Assembly (NCBI GenBank): GCA_051362555.1
Contig: CM120643.1
Span: 30,003,994-30,067,993, forward strand
DNA: 64,000 nucleotides
Direction: 5' to 3'
From: Lingula anatina
Lineage: Eukaryota; Animalia; Brachiopoda
In this document: piece after piece, positions 48,582 to 62,900 of the stretch
Numbering within the stretch: the stretch's first letter is position 1
Layout of the letters: every line of letters begins with the position of its first letter
Position numbers and translations under genes: made by a program
The notes under the pieces: generated by a model
What the model saw: only the letters and a program-made list of their open reading frames with translations
Told to the model about the DNA's origin: nothing
The model's database searches: none

Positions 48582-51500
48582 TTCATTTATTTATTATTAT
48601 TTTTTTTTTTTTGCATTCTTATGGCTATGCATTTGTTTCTTATTTTCTAATCAAATAAATTGAGGTGATCTTACGGAATAGAATGCTATGTATAACATGG
48701 CCTAATCGCCGAAACCTTGTTGAGCCGTACGTACGTGCCTAAAACACCAGATCTTTTTTGTTCCTAATTAGAAAACCATGAACGATACCAAAGCTGCAAA
48801 CATATCTCCTGAAAACTGATAAAATTGTTTCACATTCAAAAAAAAAAAAAATAAATAAAAAAATTCATCTTAAAACAGAATCAGAGAGGCACTAACTGAG
48901 ACAAAATAACAGAGGGTTCAAGTTAAGATTACATGTGACCTAAATCCAAGAGACGGGGACACAGGCCATTGCTGTCTAGAAGACCATTCCCACAGATATT
49001 TGGATCGATCTATCTCTCTGGGGACTCTAACTAAATTGCTGTCAACTTGACCGGTTTAAATGTCTGTCACGCCTAGTAAAGCTTTTAAGGGGTAATTAAC
49101 TTTACCTCCCAAGTGATTCGGTAGGCATGACAGACATATAAGCCGGTTATTTGATAGCAATTTAGGGAGACTCCCCAGGGAGTTAGGTCGATCCAGATGG
49201 ATCGATCTAAGTATGGGAACCCAGTCTAGGACGAGAATCGGTAATGGTGACCTGTATTCGGCTCCAGAACGCGGACCTGGGCTCCGTATCTCGAAAGGTT
49301 CGCTATGTTGCGCAAGTGTCCCGATTCCATAACCGATTCTATTTCGAGATACGGGGCCATGGAATCGAGACGCTTGCGCACATGCGCAACATAGCGAACC
49401 TTTCGAGATACGGAGCCCCGGTGTGGCAGGAGTGCACGTCCTAGTAACGCAAGTTCGCCTGGACACTAATTCCCCGGGAATGCAAGGCCTAGGGCATATG
49501 TTACTAGAATTCAATGTCCGACGGCTCCCAAGTAATGCAAGTCCGTCCTACGTGTAGAAATGCACGTCCTAATGGGGAATACCCGCTTTAAGGGTCTGCC
49601 GCTAGATGGCGTGGGGGTGAAAGCAGTCCTTCTTAAATCTCGCAGAATCTCGCTCACGGCTTTACACCAGAGTTTAACATGGATCGTGTGCACGCGTCGC
49701 TGACAGTGAACCAACTCAAACGCAATTTACTTGAATGTGGTGCCATAACATCTGGATGAAAATGTGAATTGACTGAAAGGTATGTGTTTTCTTTTCATTT
49801 AGTGCTTGAAAAACAAGAATGCTAACTATTTTCCTTGAAAAAAATCGAACATTAGTCGAGGTGTGTGTGTCAAATCTGACATGTTATGTACATGTAGACT
49901 ACTGTAGGTACGAGTAGGCCTACGCTCATATTTTGTTTTAGTAGCACGAAAGACGAAGATTTTTTATACTTAGTAAATGTACTTATTTTTTTTCTTTATA
50001 AGGTTACCCAAAGAAGGCCCATATATTGGGGGCAAAGCCTGAAACTGTCGATTTCAGGACCCCAGGACAGCCAACTTCAAGAGCAGGATAAAATGATTAC
50101 TTCAGGAATCTTACCCGTCACTTCACATCAGCGGCAAAGATTGATGTAGCCACCAGTTATGCCTACCCTAAAGCTGACTTACAGGCGGCTGTGATGGACA
50201 ACAAATATTGCCAAGTGCCATGAAAACAATAATGCATGGATAGAGGGAATGATGTAAGTGAAAACAGAGGTCTAATATTAAGAATCAGGCCCAAATATGA
50301 GAAAGAATTATCAAACTAGGTGATGTGTGACATCATAGAAATATAAAATTGTATCTTAACTATTTAATGCTGTAACCATCTACCATGCTTTAATGGGATA
50401 TGACTATTTCAGGTTGAGGAACAAACAGCGAAGGACACTGAGCATAGCAAGTTACAACAAGGAAAGAGCGCAATCTGACACAAGGAGAGACAATGGCGGA
50501 TCACTGCTTCCAGATTTGGAGAGATAATGTCAGCTACAGAGAAGAAGTATATGAACAAACTGTATGAATAATTGTTGTGTCCAAAACCATTGCAGACACA
50601 TGACAGTTGGATCCGGACCCGATTTCCCCTTTTTGGAATGTGTATCTCGTGCACGAATCTGGGCCTAAAGAAAACCCGCGAATACTATACTAAGTTAGAA
50701 GGCCAGATGTTCATTACAAATCGCCCATTCTGCTATTTTGCTGTGTTTACATTCAAAGATCTGTTTGTGGGGTTGATTCATTCTGACGCTGGATATTTTT
50801 CTACATGTATTTTGCCCAGGATAACTTTTTTTAATGAAAAACACTATAGGAAGTATGTGTCAACCAGTTTATAGAAAGCACCCCTGTATGAGATGGTTTT
50901 AGCTGCAATCATAATTTTGAAGTGCAATTTTAAAAAATGTTTTCACTAAAATGAAATAATTTGGTGGTGCTATATTCTTTACAAAAAGTACTTATGTGTT
51001 TATGCTGTTTTTAATAATATTTAACTGTAATGAAAAAATACCCATGATGCTATTTTGTAAAGTATTTTAGTGGGATGAAATAAATTGCTAGTTGTATTTA
51101 CAGCAAATAATTTGGTTTTTCTGCTTTTTAAAGAATTTTCAAAGTGATGACATAATGTGGTGGTTCTATTCAAGTAAAATAATTCATAAGTACTATTTTG
51201 TAAAAAGGAACAAAAAACTGTTAATTTGTAAAATGTTTGCTTTCTTTAATTTTTATTTCTTAAACTGTTACAAAAAGTTTTCCATACCTACAGTAATCCA
51301 TTGGCTGAGAAATTGCAGCTATATATTCAGGAAAGTTATAGCACAAATAAATTATCTAAGTATTACATGGTTTCATGGTTTTTACTATGGACTGAATAAT
51401 TATTTTGTTTAAATAAAATATTTGGTTTTGCTGCTTTTTAATGAATTTTCAGAGCGATGAAATAATATGGTGTTTCTACTCAAGTAAAACAATTCAGAAG

Positions 51501-54500
51501 TGCTATTTTGTAAAAAAAGAAAAACTGTTCATTTATAAAATGTTTTCTTTCTTTAAATTTTATTTCTTAAACTGTTACAAAAAGATTTCCAAACATGCAT
51601 TATTCCATTGGCTGAGAAATTGCATCTATACATGAACAAATAAATTATCTAACTATACCTAGTTTTATGATTCTTACTGTACTGAATAATGATTTTAAAT
51701 AAAAATAATTATTTAATTAACATTACCGGTCATGCTCAATACATCAATAAAAAAGGATATTACTTAATAACACAACCTTATGCGGGTAGTAGGCTACCGG
51801 GACTTATATATATTTACTGACAACTCTTCTGAAATTACGGACATAAGAAAACGCACTTTGATAAATCATACTTCCTAGGGGCACTTTCTTGCTATGGAGC
51901 TCTCTTTCCAAAACTTTATAAGTTTTGCCAAGATCAATTAACCTTTTTACGTGTATTCTTTTTGAGGCAACTCGTCCATCTTTAGGGGCCTAATTACTGT
52001 TCCTGGGTCAAGTTGTAACTGACCCTTTAACATGGAAGGTGTGTTGACATGGGCAACCCTTCACTTCAAACGAAGCCCTGAATCCTCAAGAAAATTATGC
52101 CCACCTTGCCGACTTTGACATTCAGGTACACAACAATACTGAGGCATGTTTATTAAGGCCAGTACCACAGTCCAACGTATACAATATCCAACATGGCGAC
52201 CTAGGAAGGACTGAATTCACACTAGCGACACCTGGCACCAAGCAGGCTGGTATTCCCCATTGGACGTGCGTTCCTAACATTTTAGTATCGCATGTCCAAT
52301 ATAGTTTACACCGAGAAATGACATGAATAAATAAATATATAGATATACTAGATTTATATAAATAATAAACGTTTGCTTTACTTTATTTTATTTTAATATT
52401 TTACGACGTTTTCTTTTTTCGATAGGCAGTTAATATGCATTTTAATGAAGTAACAAATACAACACGGCTCCCATAGTTTTTCTTCATTTATTTTATTTTG
52501 TGTATTTTTCTTGAAGTAAACGCATATCTTACATGTGTCATTGACCTTCTTCGGCCTTCAAATGAGGGGAAATCACTTTACACAAAACACGGGGTCTCCG
52601 TTCTTAGATAAACTTTTCGGCTTACACTCGCAGGAATTGAAAAATAACCCCAAACTCAATGGAAATTTTCTCTTGGATGGAGGATTTAAGACAAATCATG
52701 ACAGTTTAGAATTTGAAATTGTACATAATGTTCTGTAGTATTCCTTTGTTGTTAGTGTAATTATCACAGAATTTAGAATATTACACATTCAAAACACCAC
52801 TATACAGTTAGCTACAACAAGTTATCCGAGCTGGGGGGGGGGGGGGGGGGTCATGTCAAAGGTAGGTCTCGAACCATATAAGTATGTAACAGGGCGATTA
52901 ATGAATATTTGTCTTATGGTCTTGGACGATAACCACTACACAGACGAGCTGAAGTTGCAAACCCTCCATTTTTTGTCTTATATATGGCTCACCAGAAGGA
53001 TTTTCATATACAATTTTTATTGTATCATTAAACCGTGTTAATGCATAAGTATAGGACTTTCAAATGGCCGGACTTACATTACTGTCATAGTAACAGGTAT
53101 ATAAGGTGTAAGATGTAACATGTAACAGGAATATAAGTCCGCCAGTAATATAAGTCCTGTAACGAAACTGAGGGTCCTTGTAAGAGAAAGTCCACCCTAC
53201 ATATAGTTATAATGGTTAGGGTTAGTTTGACCTGAGTTGGCCAAAATCTCGGACGAGGCTCACTTGTACAAATAAATGGGAAGCGGACTCTCTGTTACGT
53301 TACACCGGGACTAAAATCATGAGTACTGTCAGCGTACATGCTGGTGGTACTAATAAATTAGGATTTAAAATTTTCTCTGGCAGAAAATTCCATGGGGTCG
53401 TAAACGACCCCCACTCGGTATGCATAGGGTTAAATGGCGGGTGTTCCCTAACTTCTTTTGATATATATACGCCTTGAACGCCTTGCTGGCGCCTGTTCTG
53501 CCAGATCGTGTGCATCTCTCGGGTGACAGTGTATTGTCTCACATATAATTTGACTCTATATCTATGGATTGATTATTCATTTTTTAATTAAGATAAAACG
53601 AGAATTCAGTTTCCTTGGCGGAGGTCTGCGCTGACCGAGTGCTTTTCTTGTTAATACAGCTATTGCTCATTATACTTCATATTTACGAACACCTTAGGCT
53701 TTTTGTTACTAGAATTGTGAAAATTGCATCGAAAAAAGCAACGCGCAACTAAAATATTTATTCAAATACAACTTGTTTCAGGACATCCTTGCCATCATTG
53801 ACAACACCCCAGGGCCGAGAAGCATAGCCCCCACGAAACACAGGATTGGTCTGGTCCGCTTCTCTAGCACCATCCCCACCAGGGTGGTCTTCTCCCTGGG
53901 AACGTACCCGCTATTCAAGAACAATGATATTGCTATTGGTGACGTGCTTAAAGTAGGTAAGGTCGACACCTGTGTAACTCCATCACCACTACGCTAACTA
54001 CGTTATATCCTTATCTCACACGACCGTACATACATGCTGCAAGTACACGCCACACAGAGCGACATTAACATACAGGTAGAGAGACGCACAAAACGCAGAC
54101 ACAGTTAAAGACAATCTTGCACGGACACACGCGCGTGTGCGCAGACATATACAAACAGACACACACATATGCACACACACATGCGTATATAAACAGACTT
54201 CCACACACGCTTACAGAGACACAATGATATACATATTTCATCATGTAAATGTTTTATCAAATACTGAAGCATACTTACCACATTTCTTGCACTAGTAATA
54301 TGTTTTAAACATACTGAGTGATCACCTGTATTATGAAGATAAAGACAACTTCACTGCTTTGTATTTGCATTATACTCACAGGGTATTTGACAGATACATA
54401 CAAGGGTTTGTTACTGTGTGAAAACGAGCTTGGTGTCAACGGCTCACGGCTGGTTTGGGTGACCACAGATGGCCTACATACAGTTGGGGGGAATGCCGTG

Positions 54501-54855
54501 GAGAAGGCAGAGGCCATGCAGAAAAAAGGTAGGAAGTAGCACTTCAAGACCAGGCTATCTTTAATAGCATAATTTAACGCTGGAGTTGTGAGAAAGTTCA
54601 GTCTACAAATATTTATCCATTTTAAAGTTGCCTTCTGTTTCATCTGGATATGGAAGTAACTGCATTCCTATTTCAGGGATAATCATTTGCGTCGTTGCTG
54701 TGGGGTCCCATGCCCAAATGAAGGTGATTAATCGCATGGCTTCTTTGATTGACATCCCGGGCAGCAATACCAAACAGCGATGCGTTCTGAACTACAAAAC
54801 CTTTGAAGCCTTGAGGTCTGACACGTTGAGTGCACTGCATAGAGTGCTGTCATAG
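47538..54855 (+). CDS. Secreted single von Willebrand factor A domain protein (~232 aa)
   Basis: Exons 47538-47735, 53782-53956, 54382-54528, 54677-54855 in phase; signal peptide, MIDAS DSSGS, IGLVRFS, LTDT, VTTDG, VVAVG; TATAAATA at 47441, AATAAA at ~54914. Confidence 0.92.
47716..47961 (+). repeat. ~55-bp tandem repeat (5 copies) of vWA exon-1 end plus splice donor
   Basis: CCAAATCAGCGTCCAGG|GTGAG at 47719, 47774, 47829, 47885, 47940. Confidence 0.93.
49279..49419. mobile_element. Small palindromic MITE
   Basis: GGGCTCCGTATCTCGAAAGGTTCGCTATGTTGCGCA...TGCGCAACATAGCGAACCTTTCGAGATACGGAGCCC. Confidence 0.7.
49574..52258. mobile_element. Decayed ISL2EU-type transposon (THAP-DDE transposase on -, SAP + YqaJ exonuclease on +)
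   Basis: AT|GGGGAATACC...GGTATTCCCC|AT; SAP-like LTVNQLKRNL..GAITSG*K.EL (~49680-49780); YqaJ RQWRITASRFGEI and GQMFITNRPFCYF; THAP MPQYCCVPEC (~52147 down); VASKRIHVKRLI..KTYKVL. Confidence 0.8.
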
Positions 54856-55070
54856 ACATAATTCTCCGTCTGCTCGTCTGGTGACAAAACCTGACGACAT
54901 AGGGAGTGTTCAGAATAAACTTATCGTACCAGCAGCATCGATCTATCTCAGCAGGAATTCTTGCTAAATTTCTGTCAATATAATCATCTTTTATTATTTG
55001 GCACGCCCCCCCTCGAGAACCTAGGGTGTTATTAAGTTTCGTATGCGCTTGGCTCCTGCGGGTACAATAA

Positions 55071-55441
55071 GTTTACTCTGAACGCTCCCACATACCTTGC
55101 GGGGAAGGTGTTACATTTATCACTGTTCGTTCTTACAAACTATGTATCACATGTTATTGTTAGTTTACTCTGAACGCTCCCACAAATCTTGCTGGGAAGG
55201 TGTTACATTTATCACTGTTCACTCTTAAAGACTATGTATCACATGTTATTGTTAGTTTACTCTGAACGCTCCCACAAACCTTGGTGGGAAGGTGTTACAT
55301 TTATCACTGTTCACTCTTAAAGACTATGTACCACATGTTATTGTTAGTTTCCTCTGAACGCTCCCACAAACCTTGCGGGGAAGGTGTTACATTTATCACT
55401 GTTCACTCTTAAAGACTATGTATCACATGTTATTGTTAGTT
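55071..55441. repeat. 92-bp tandem repeat (4 copies)
   Basis: GTTTACTCTGAACGCTCCCACA at 55071, 55163, 55255, 55347. Confidence 0.93.
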
Positions 55442-57569
55442 TGAGTTTCTTTATGAAATTATTTACAGACATTAAACAGGAAATAAACAAAGCACGGCAT
55501 AGAATGAAAAACTGAACACGAGAATTATGTCAACGTTTTAAAATTATTAATCATCAATCATTATTTATCATTATTGATTGATCAGATTTACATAACTGGG
55601 TCATATTTGTATTGCAAACTTGCAGAATTCCGTGAATGTAAACAAAATCACCTGATTTTTTGATGGTATACTCTAACACTAAAACGATGCTTAATTACTC
55701 ATTATGCCTTTGATATGGCAATTCTTTAAATTAAAATAATCAACTCCATGCACATGCATAGTATGTAGCCCGTTCTGTGAGATGAAATAAATTATTTGAA
55801 ATGTGCTTTACTCTCTCTATTTGCCCAGTAATATGACTGAAGCATATCTTGACAAACACATTGACTGTTTTCTTGAACTTTTATTAATCCAATGATAGTT
55901 AAACTAGTTCTGAAACAATAACTAAGGGTAATGATGTTAAAATAAATATACAGAATAAAATTTGAAATAGACTTATTCTTATCTTGTTACTTGAAAAATA
56001 CTTAAACGGGTCTTGAACATCTATGTTCTCCCTTTTTTTATGACAAACTTACATATATAATAACTGCATGTTAATCTATCAATTCATTAATACCGGTAAG
56101 CTATTACAAAACTTAAAAGAACAATAATAATAGCAGAATATAAATAATAATATACTTAGGCCAGCTACTCACTAAAACTTGTCTGTCCTCTTGAACTTGC
56201 AACAGTTTACATAAGCTTGCGACCTCTAACGTACATGTACACTTGTATTGGTATTTCAGAAAAAAATATGCCATATATAAATACAAGTTATATCTTCTAA
56301 TAGGTCTTTTTATCCAGAATGTTATACTTTTGGAATTTTGATTATTATCTTTAAAATTAAAGGAAATATCACAGTTTTTTTAAATACCTATATTAGGGCA
56401 AATGTGTCCTCCCATTTAAGCCAGAAAGTTGTGACCACTGAGCGCTTTTGTGCCAACTTAAAAACATCTTTCGACTTAATTAATTTTCATGAGGTTTGTT
56501 GCATAAGGCCACAAATGTTCTATACTTTCACAAAGTATTAAAATTTAACCTAGAAGATAGGTATAGGTTGTTAAACGAGGCGCCTCAGTGGTCGCTGTTC
56601 ACAGGCAGGCCAGTGCTGCTGCAGGACATGATGGACTGTGGCGCCTCTAAAGCAATCTGATATACCTTATTTGTACATGTCAGTACTTTACACTGAACTT
56701 TTGACTACTGACACTGCAATAAATTTAAAAAATAAACACAACTGCATGTAATGATATTTGCTAAGTGATAATACATGTACATACCATGGGTCTGATATCA
56801 AAACAAAAGATTGTAGGGACCGATATCATTGGCACTGCCCACTCAACCGCATGGTTCAGTTCGCACAAACAATACAGTTGACACGACTCGCTTTCGCTCG
56901 CACTTTATGATAGCTTGTCTCGTGGTGACTCGGTAAAATTCTCGAAAAAAAGGCTCGATATCTCGTTTTTTCTCGGATATTACATGAAGAAGTCACTAGA
57001 AGAAATACAAGAAAGAAACAACATCAGCCATTTAATTCATTTTTAATGAAATTGGAAAGTGCAGTTTTGAAATACAACCGGCTGGTTTGTTTTGAAAATT
57101 GATTTATCTACTGAAGATGAATCTGTTGGTGTTTCACTTTCATCACTGACGTCTTTCTGAGTATTTTCTTATACGTACCTTCACCTCAGCCGAGGAAGCC
57201 TGCTTCTGCTGCTGCTTCGCGTCTAAATAACACATTTAATTTCATTTGTTCGTCGTCCGAAATGTCAGAAAATTGTTGCACCGTTTCAAAATGACGTTTC
57301 TCTGTCTTTTGACTTGTGCGAACAAGTTCGTCGTCCGATTTATCGATAGCTCGGCTGCTTGTCCATTTCTAGAATGTCGGCCTGTTGCTTGGCTTTACTA
57401 AATAATGAATGACAGGGAGTGACTGCCACGTGAGGGAGATGGGGAGGAAATCAGCCAACTACTCACGGAAAACCACTGACCCATGCCAATACACACACTA
57501 CCGCAATAAATTCACACAAAGGAAAATGATTTGGCGGTGACCATAATTAGACGCAAATGTTTGGCATAA

Positions 57570-58732
57570 GGCCACACTTTTTTATTATTATGGATGACAT
57601 CCTCTTGGGACCCCGAAATCGGTGCGAGAGGGCGAAAAAAAAAACAGTCAAAAAAAAAATGCTGCTTAAGTAAAGGAATGCTGTCAGTACACAGCTGGAA
57701 ACACAAATTTACCAGAGAAACACATATTAAACTAACAATATGTCTTTATCCATGCTCTCAAAATATTTAAGCATTGTGAATACTTCGTAGAATACTTCGT
57801 AGAAAGGTAAAAAAAAGTCATGAATAGAGAGGTCCGAAGCCGGTGGGGTGGGTAGAAAGAACCACCCCTTTTGCTGGGAAAAGGTCCACTCTGGGTAAAA
57901 TTTGATCTAGGTACATGAAGTTTTTATGGAAAAGGGTCAACTTTTTCAGAAAAAGCAGCCCCCTTTTGAAATTGCTGGCTACGGGCCTGGTAGATATGCT
58001 GCATATTACCAAATCTATTTAGGTTATTTCATACATTTTGTTGGTATAACAATCAATAAAACAAATATCAAACAAACAGTGTGTCTTTATTTGTACTCTC
58101 AGAATATAAAAGCATTATGAACACTTCACAGAAATCTTTAAAATGATGCTAAGATATGCTTAATACCACCAAATCTATAAAAGGTCATTTCGGTCGATGT
58201 CATTTGGTCTACTTCGACTCACAGGAAACAGCCAAACTGTCGGGTGGCCTGACCGACCTTCTGCCCATCAAATACCTTGACGCCCTGTCGACCCTTTTTT
58301 CGCTTTAAAACCATTTTGCTATTATTTTGATAAATTTAGTTACAGTACTGATAAACAAAGTATCACGATTTCAATAGTTAATATTTTTAATTACAATCCA
58401 TAACTGCAAGGTTGTGTCATTGACCAAAATACAACGTTGAGTCAACGTGGCTGGATCAACGTTGATTCAACTTTGAATTAAGGTAGATCAACGGCAATTC
58501 AACGTATCAACCTGTTTTCAACGTTGATCCAACGCAACTGTGCCTGCTGGGGATGAATTTGACGGCAAAGCGGCCATATTTCCACGTGGCGATATTACGC
58601 ATGCGCAGAAAGCTCATTTTCCGGCAAATTCAATAACTTCGTTGGAGGGGGGGGGATTTTTTTTTTTCGGCGAACGGATGAAAATTGGTGCGCGCGCAGG
58701 ATGTCATCCATAAAAAATAAAATAGTGTGGCC
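57570..58732. mobile_element. Non-autonomous DNA transposon with TAA TSD (Zator/Harbinger-like) containing nested fragments
   Basis: TAA|GGCCACAC..TATGGATGACATCCT...AGGATGTCATCCATA..GTGTGGCC|TAA. Confidence 0.7.
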
Positions 58733-59745
58733 TAAACGCGGACAAAGCCCATTCTCTGATGTCACCCTATGCGCGGTTATTTAAGCGTGTTCTATGGTAT
58801 ACATAAAGTACGAGGCGCTGCGCTTTACGAGAAATTGTGCAGATAATTGGCAAGGCGAAAATGTTAAATTCTGCGTATACCTGTTCATCTTTTTCCTGCG
58901 TGTTTACTGAAACTCGTAAGCTGATTAGTGCTACAAGTCCTGCGACCGTCCTATTACCTCGTTAGTTCTGTGCACTGGTGCGTGGAACGCATTCGTGAAT
59001 GATGTTACTTTACATGAAATAAAGCACGGCGCGCAGCCTATTGTCTTTTGACAGCAGGGTGCTTTAATAAAATTAGGGTTTTTGGGTGGCGAACATACTC
59101 GATTTCCCTTTGTGTGTACGACAAAAAAAAAAAATGCAATGTTACCCTCGATATACACGATAACATGCCTCACTGTCACTCAGACAATGCATTATTTAGT
59201 CTTTGGCATACTAAATAATTAAGAAGGAGAAAATAAAGGTTAACTAATGGACTTGATAAAGTATGTTCGTTCGTGAAACGCCTTAAGTTTAAAGCACTAG
59301 TAACACGTGTTCTTAAACACCTTAACTTACCTGCACCGTTTACATACTAACTACAGGATATCATATGCCGTGAATATAAGCCTAGTAAGAGAATGGAATA
59401 TAAAAATTAATTTAACAAAACACCGGGCAAATACGTACTGAATTAATTGTCGTTGTCCTATCTATTCTCAGTACATGCGAGACCCCGTATAGCGTCCTCC
59501 GTGAATCTGTAAGCGTGTGTCCCTTCAAACTTATGAATCTCCTTCTTCTACAGATAGCTTTCTAAATCAAGTATATGTGTGATTTCAGAATGTGCTAGGT
59601 GAGACTAAATGTGAACGTACTCTAAATATTAAACAACCTGTGGTTAACTGGTACATAGAATTCTAGCTACAACATTTGATATTCGTATATGTTCAACGAT
59701 ATGAAACAAACAGAACATTCCACCCTTCGCTGGTGTAACGTACCG

Positions 59746-59940
59746 TTAGGGTTAGGGTTACGGTTAGGGTTAGGGTTAGGGTTAGGGTTAGGGGTTAGGG
59801 GTTAGGGTTAGGGGTTAGGGTTAGGGTTAGGGTTAGGGTTAGGGTTAGGGTTAGGGTTAGGGTTAGGGTTAGGGTTAGGGTTAGGGTTAGGGTTAGGGTT
59901 AGGGTTAGGGTTAGGGTTAGGGTTAGGGTTAGGGTTAGGG

Positions 59941-59981
<41 letters not shown>

Positions 59982-62900
59982 GGTTAGGGTTAGGGTTAGG
60001 GTTAGGGTTAGGGTTAGGGTTAGGGTTAGGGTTAGGGTTAGGGTTAGGGTTAGGGTTAGGGTTAGGGTTAGGGTTAGGGTTAGGGTTAGGGTTAGGGTTA
60101 GGGTTAGGGTTAGGGTTAGGGTTAGGGTTAGGGTTAGGGTTAGGGTTAGGGTTAGGGTTAGGGTTAGGGTTAGGGTTAGGGTTAGGGTTAGGGTTAGGGT
60201 TAGGGTTAGGGTTAGGGTTAGGGTTAGGGTTAGGGTTAGGGTTAGGGTTAGGGTTAGGGTTAGGGTTAGGGTTAGGGTTAGGGTTAGGGTTAGGGTTAGG
60301 GTTAGGGTTAGGGTTAGGGTTAGGGTTAGGGTTAGGGTTAGGGTTAGGGTTAGGGTTAGGGTTAGGGTTAGGGTTAGGGTTAGGGTTAGGGTTAGGGTTA
60401 GGGTTAGGGTTAGGGTTAGGGTTAGGGTTAGGGTTAGGGTTAGGGTTAGGGTTAGGGTTAGGGTTAGGGTTAGGGTTAGGGTTAGGGTTAGGGTTAGGGT
60501 TAGGGTTAGGGTTAGGGTTAGGGTTAGGGTTAGGGTTAGGGTTAGGGTTAGGGTTAGGGTTAGGGTTAGGGTTAGGGTTAGGGTTAGGGTTAGGGTTAGG
60601 GTTAGGGTTAGGGTTAGGGTTAGGGTTAGGGTTAGGGTTAGGGTTAGGGTTAGGGTTAGGGTTAGGGTTAGGGTTAGGGTTAGGGTTAGGGTTAGGGTTA
60701 GGGTTAGGGTTAGGGTTAGGGTTAGGGTTAGGGTTAGGGTTAGGGTTAGGGTTAGGGTTAGGGTTAGGGTTAGGGTTAGGGTTAGGGTTAGGGTTAGGGT
60801 TAGGGTTAGGGTTAGGGTTAGGGTTAGGGTTAGGGTTAGGGTTAGGGTTAGGGTTAGGGTTAGGGTTAGGGTTAGGGTTAGGGTTAGGGTTAGGGTTAGG
60901 GTTAGGGTTAGGGTTAGGGTTAGGGTTAGGGTTAGGGTTAGGGTTAGGGTTAGGGTTAGGGTTAGGGTTAGGGTTAGGGTTAGGGTTAGGGTTAGGGTTA
61001 GGGTTAGGGTTAGGGTTAGGGTTAGGGTTAGGGTTAGGGTTAGGGTTAGGGTTAGGGTTAGGGTTAGGGTTAGGGTTAGGGTTAGGGTTAGGGTTAGGGT
61101 TAGGGTTAGGGTTAGGGTTAGGGTTAGGGTTAGGGTTAGGGTTAGGGTTAGGGTTAGGGTTAGGGTTAGGGTTAGGGTTAGGGTTAGGGTTAGGGTTAGG
61201 GTTAGGGTTAGGGTTAGGGTTAGGGTTAGGGTTAGGGTTAGGGTTAGGGTTAGGGTTAGGGTTAGGGTTAGGGTTAGGGTTAGGGTTAGGGTTAGGGTTA
61301 GGGTTAGGGTTAGGGTTAGGGTTAGGGTTAGGGTTAGGGTTAGGGTTAGGGTTAGGGTTAGGGTTAGGGTTAGGGTTAGGGTTAGGGTTAGGGTTAGGGT
61401 TAGGGTTAGGGTTAGGGTTAGGGTTAGGGTTAGGGTTAGGGTTAGGGTTAGGGTTAGGGTTAGGGTTAGGGTTAGGGTTAGGGTTAGGGTTAGGGTTAGG
61501 GTTAGGGTTAGGGTTAGGGTTAGGGTTAGGGTTAGGGTTAGGGTTAGGGTTAGGGTTAGGGTTAGGGTTAGGGTTAGGGTTAGGGTTAGGGTTAGGGTTA
61601 GGGTTAGGGTTAGGGTTAGGGTTAGGGTTAGGGTTAGGGTTAGGGTTAGGGTTAGGGTTAGGGTTAGGGTTAGGGTTAGGGTTAGGGTTAGGGTTAGGGT
61701 TAGGGTTAGGGTTAGGGTTAGGGTTAGGGTTAGGGTTAGGGTTAGGGTTAGGGTTAGGGTTAGGGTTAGGGTTAGGGTTAGGGTTAGGGTTAGGGTTAGG
61801 GTTAGGGTTAGGGTTAGGGTTAGGGTTAGGGTTAGGGTTAGGGTTAGGGTTAGGGTTAGGGTTAGGGTTAGGGTTAGGGTTAGGGTTAGGGTTAGGGTTA
61901 GGGTTAGGGTTAGGGTTAGGGTTAGGGTTAGGGTTAGGGTTAGGGTTAGGGTTAGGGTTAGGGTTAGGGTTAGGGTTAGGGTTAGGGTTAGGGTTAGGGT
62001 TAGGGTTAGGGTTAGGGTTAGGGTTAGGGTTAGGGTTAGGGTTAGGGTTAGGGTTAGGGTTAGGGTTAGGGTTAGGGTTAGGGTTAGGGTTAGGGTTAGG
62101 GTTAGGGTTAGGGTTAGGGTTAGGGTTAGGGTTAGGGTTAGGGTTAGGGTTAGGGTTAGGGTTAGGGTTAGGGTTAGGGTTAGGGTTAGGGTTAGGGTTA
62201 GGGTTAGGGTTAGGGTTAGGGTTAGGGTTAGGGTTAGGGTTAGGGTTAGGGTTAGGGTTAGGGTTAGGGTTAGGGTTAGGGTTAGGGTTAGGGTTAGGGT
62301 TAGGGTTAGGGTTAGGGTTAGGGTTAGGGTTAGGGTTAGGGTTAGGGTTAGGGTTAGGGTTAGGGTTAGGGTTAGGGTTAGGGTTAGGGTTAGGGTTAGG
62401 GTTAGGGTTAGGGTTAGGGTTAGGGTTAGGGTTAGGGTTAGGGTTAGGGTTAGGGTTAGGGTTAGGGTTAGGGTTAGGGTTAGGGTTAGGGTTAGGGTTA
62501 GGGTTAGGGTTAGGGTTAGGGTTAGGGTTAGGGTTAGGGTTAGGGTTAGGGTTAGGGTTAGGGTTAGGGTTAGGGTTAGGGTTAGGGTTAGGGTTAGGGT
62601 TAGGGTTAGGGTTAGGGTTAGGGTTAGGGTTAGGGTTAGGGTTAGGGTTAGGGTTAGGGTTAGGGTTAGGGTTAGGGTTAGGGTTAGGGTTAGGGTTAGG
62701 GTTAGGGTTAGGGTTAGGGTTAGGGTTAGGGTTAGGGTTAGGGTTAGGGTTAGGGTTAGGGTTAGGGTTAGGGTTAGGGTTAGGGTTAGGGTTAGGGTTA
62801 GGGTTAGGGTTAGGGTTAGGGTTAGGGTTAGGGTTAGGGTTAGGGTTAGGGTTAGGGTTAGGGTTAGGGTTAGGGTTAGGGTTAGGGTTAGGGTTAGGGT

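Noticed and set aside
56580-57370. Possible minus-strand gene or Crypton-like relic (SDDELVRTSQ..SDISDDE)
   Set aside because: No coherent ORF or recombinase motif recovered; too weak to call
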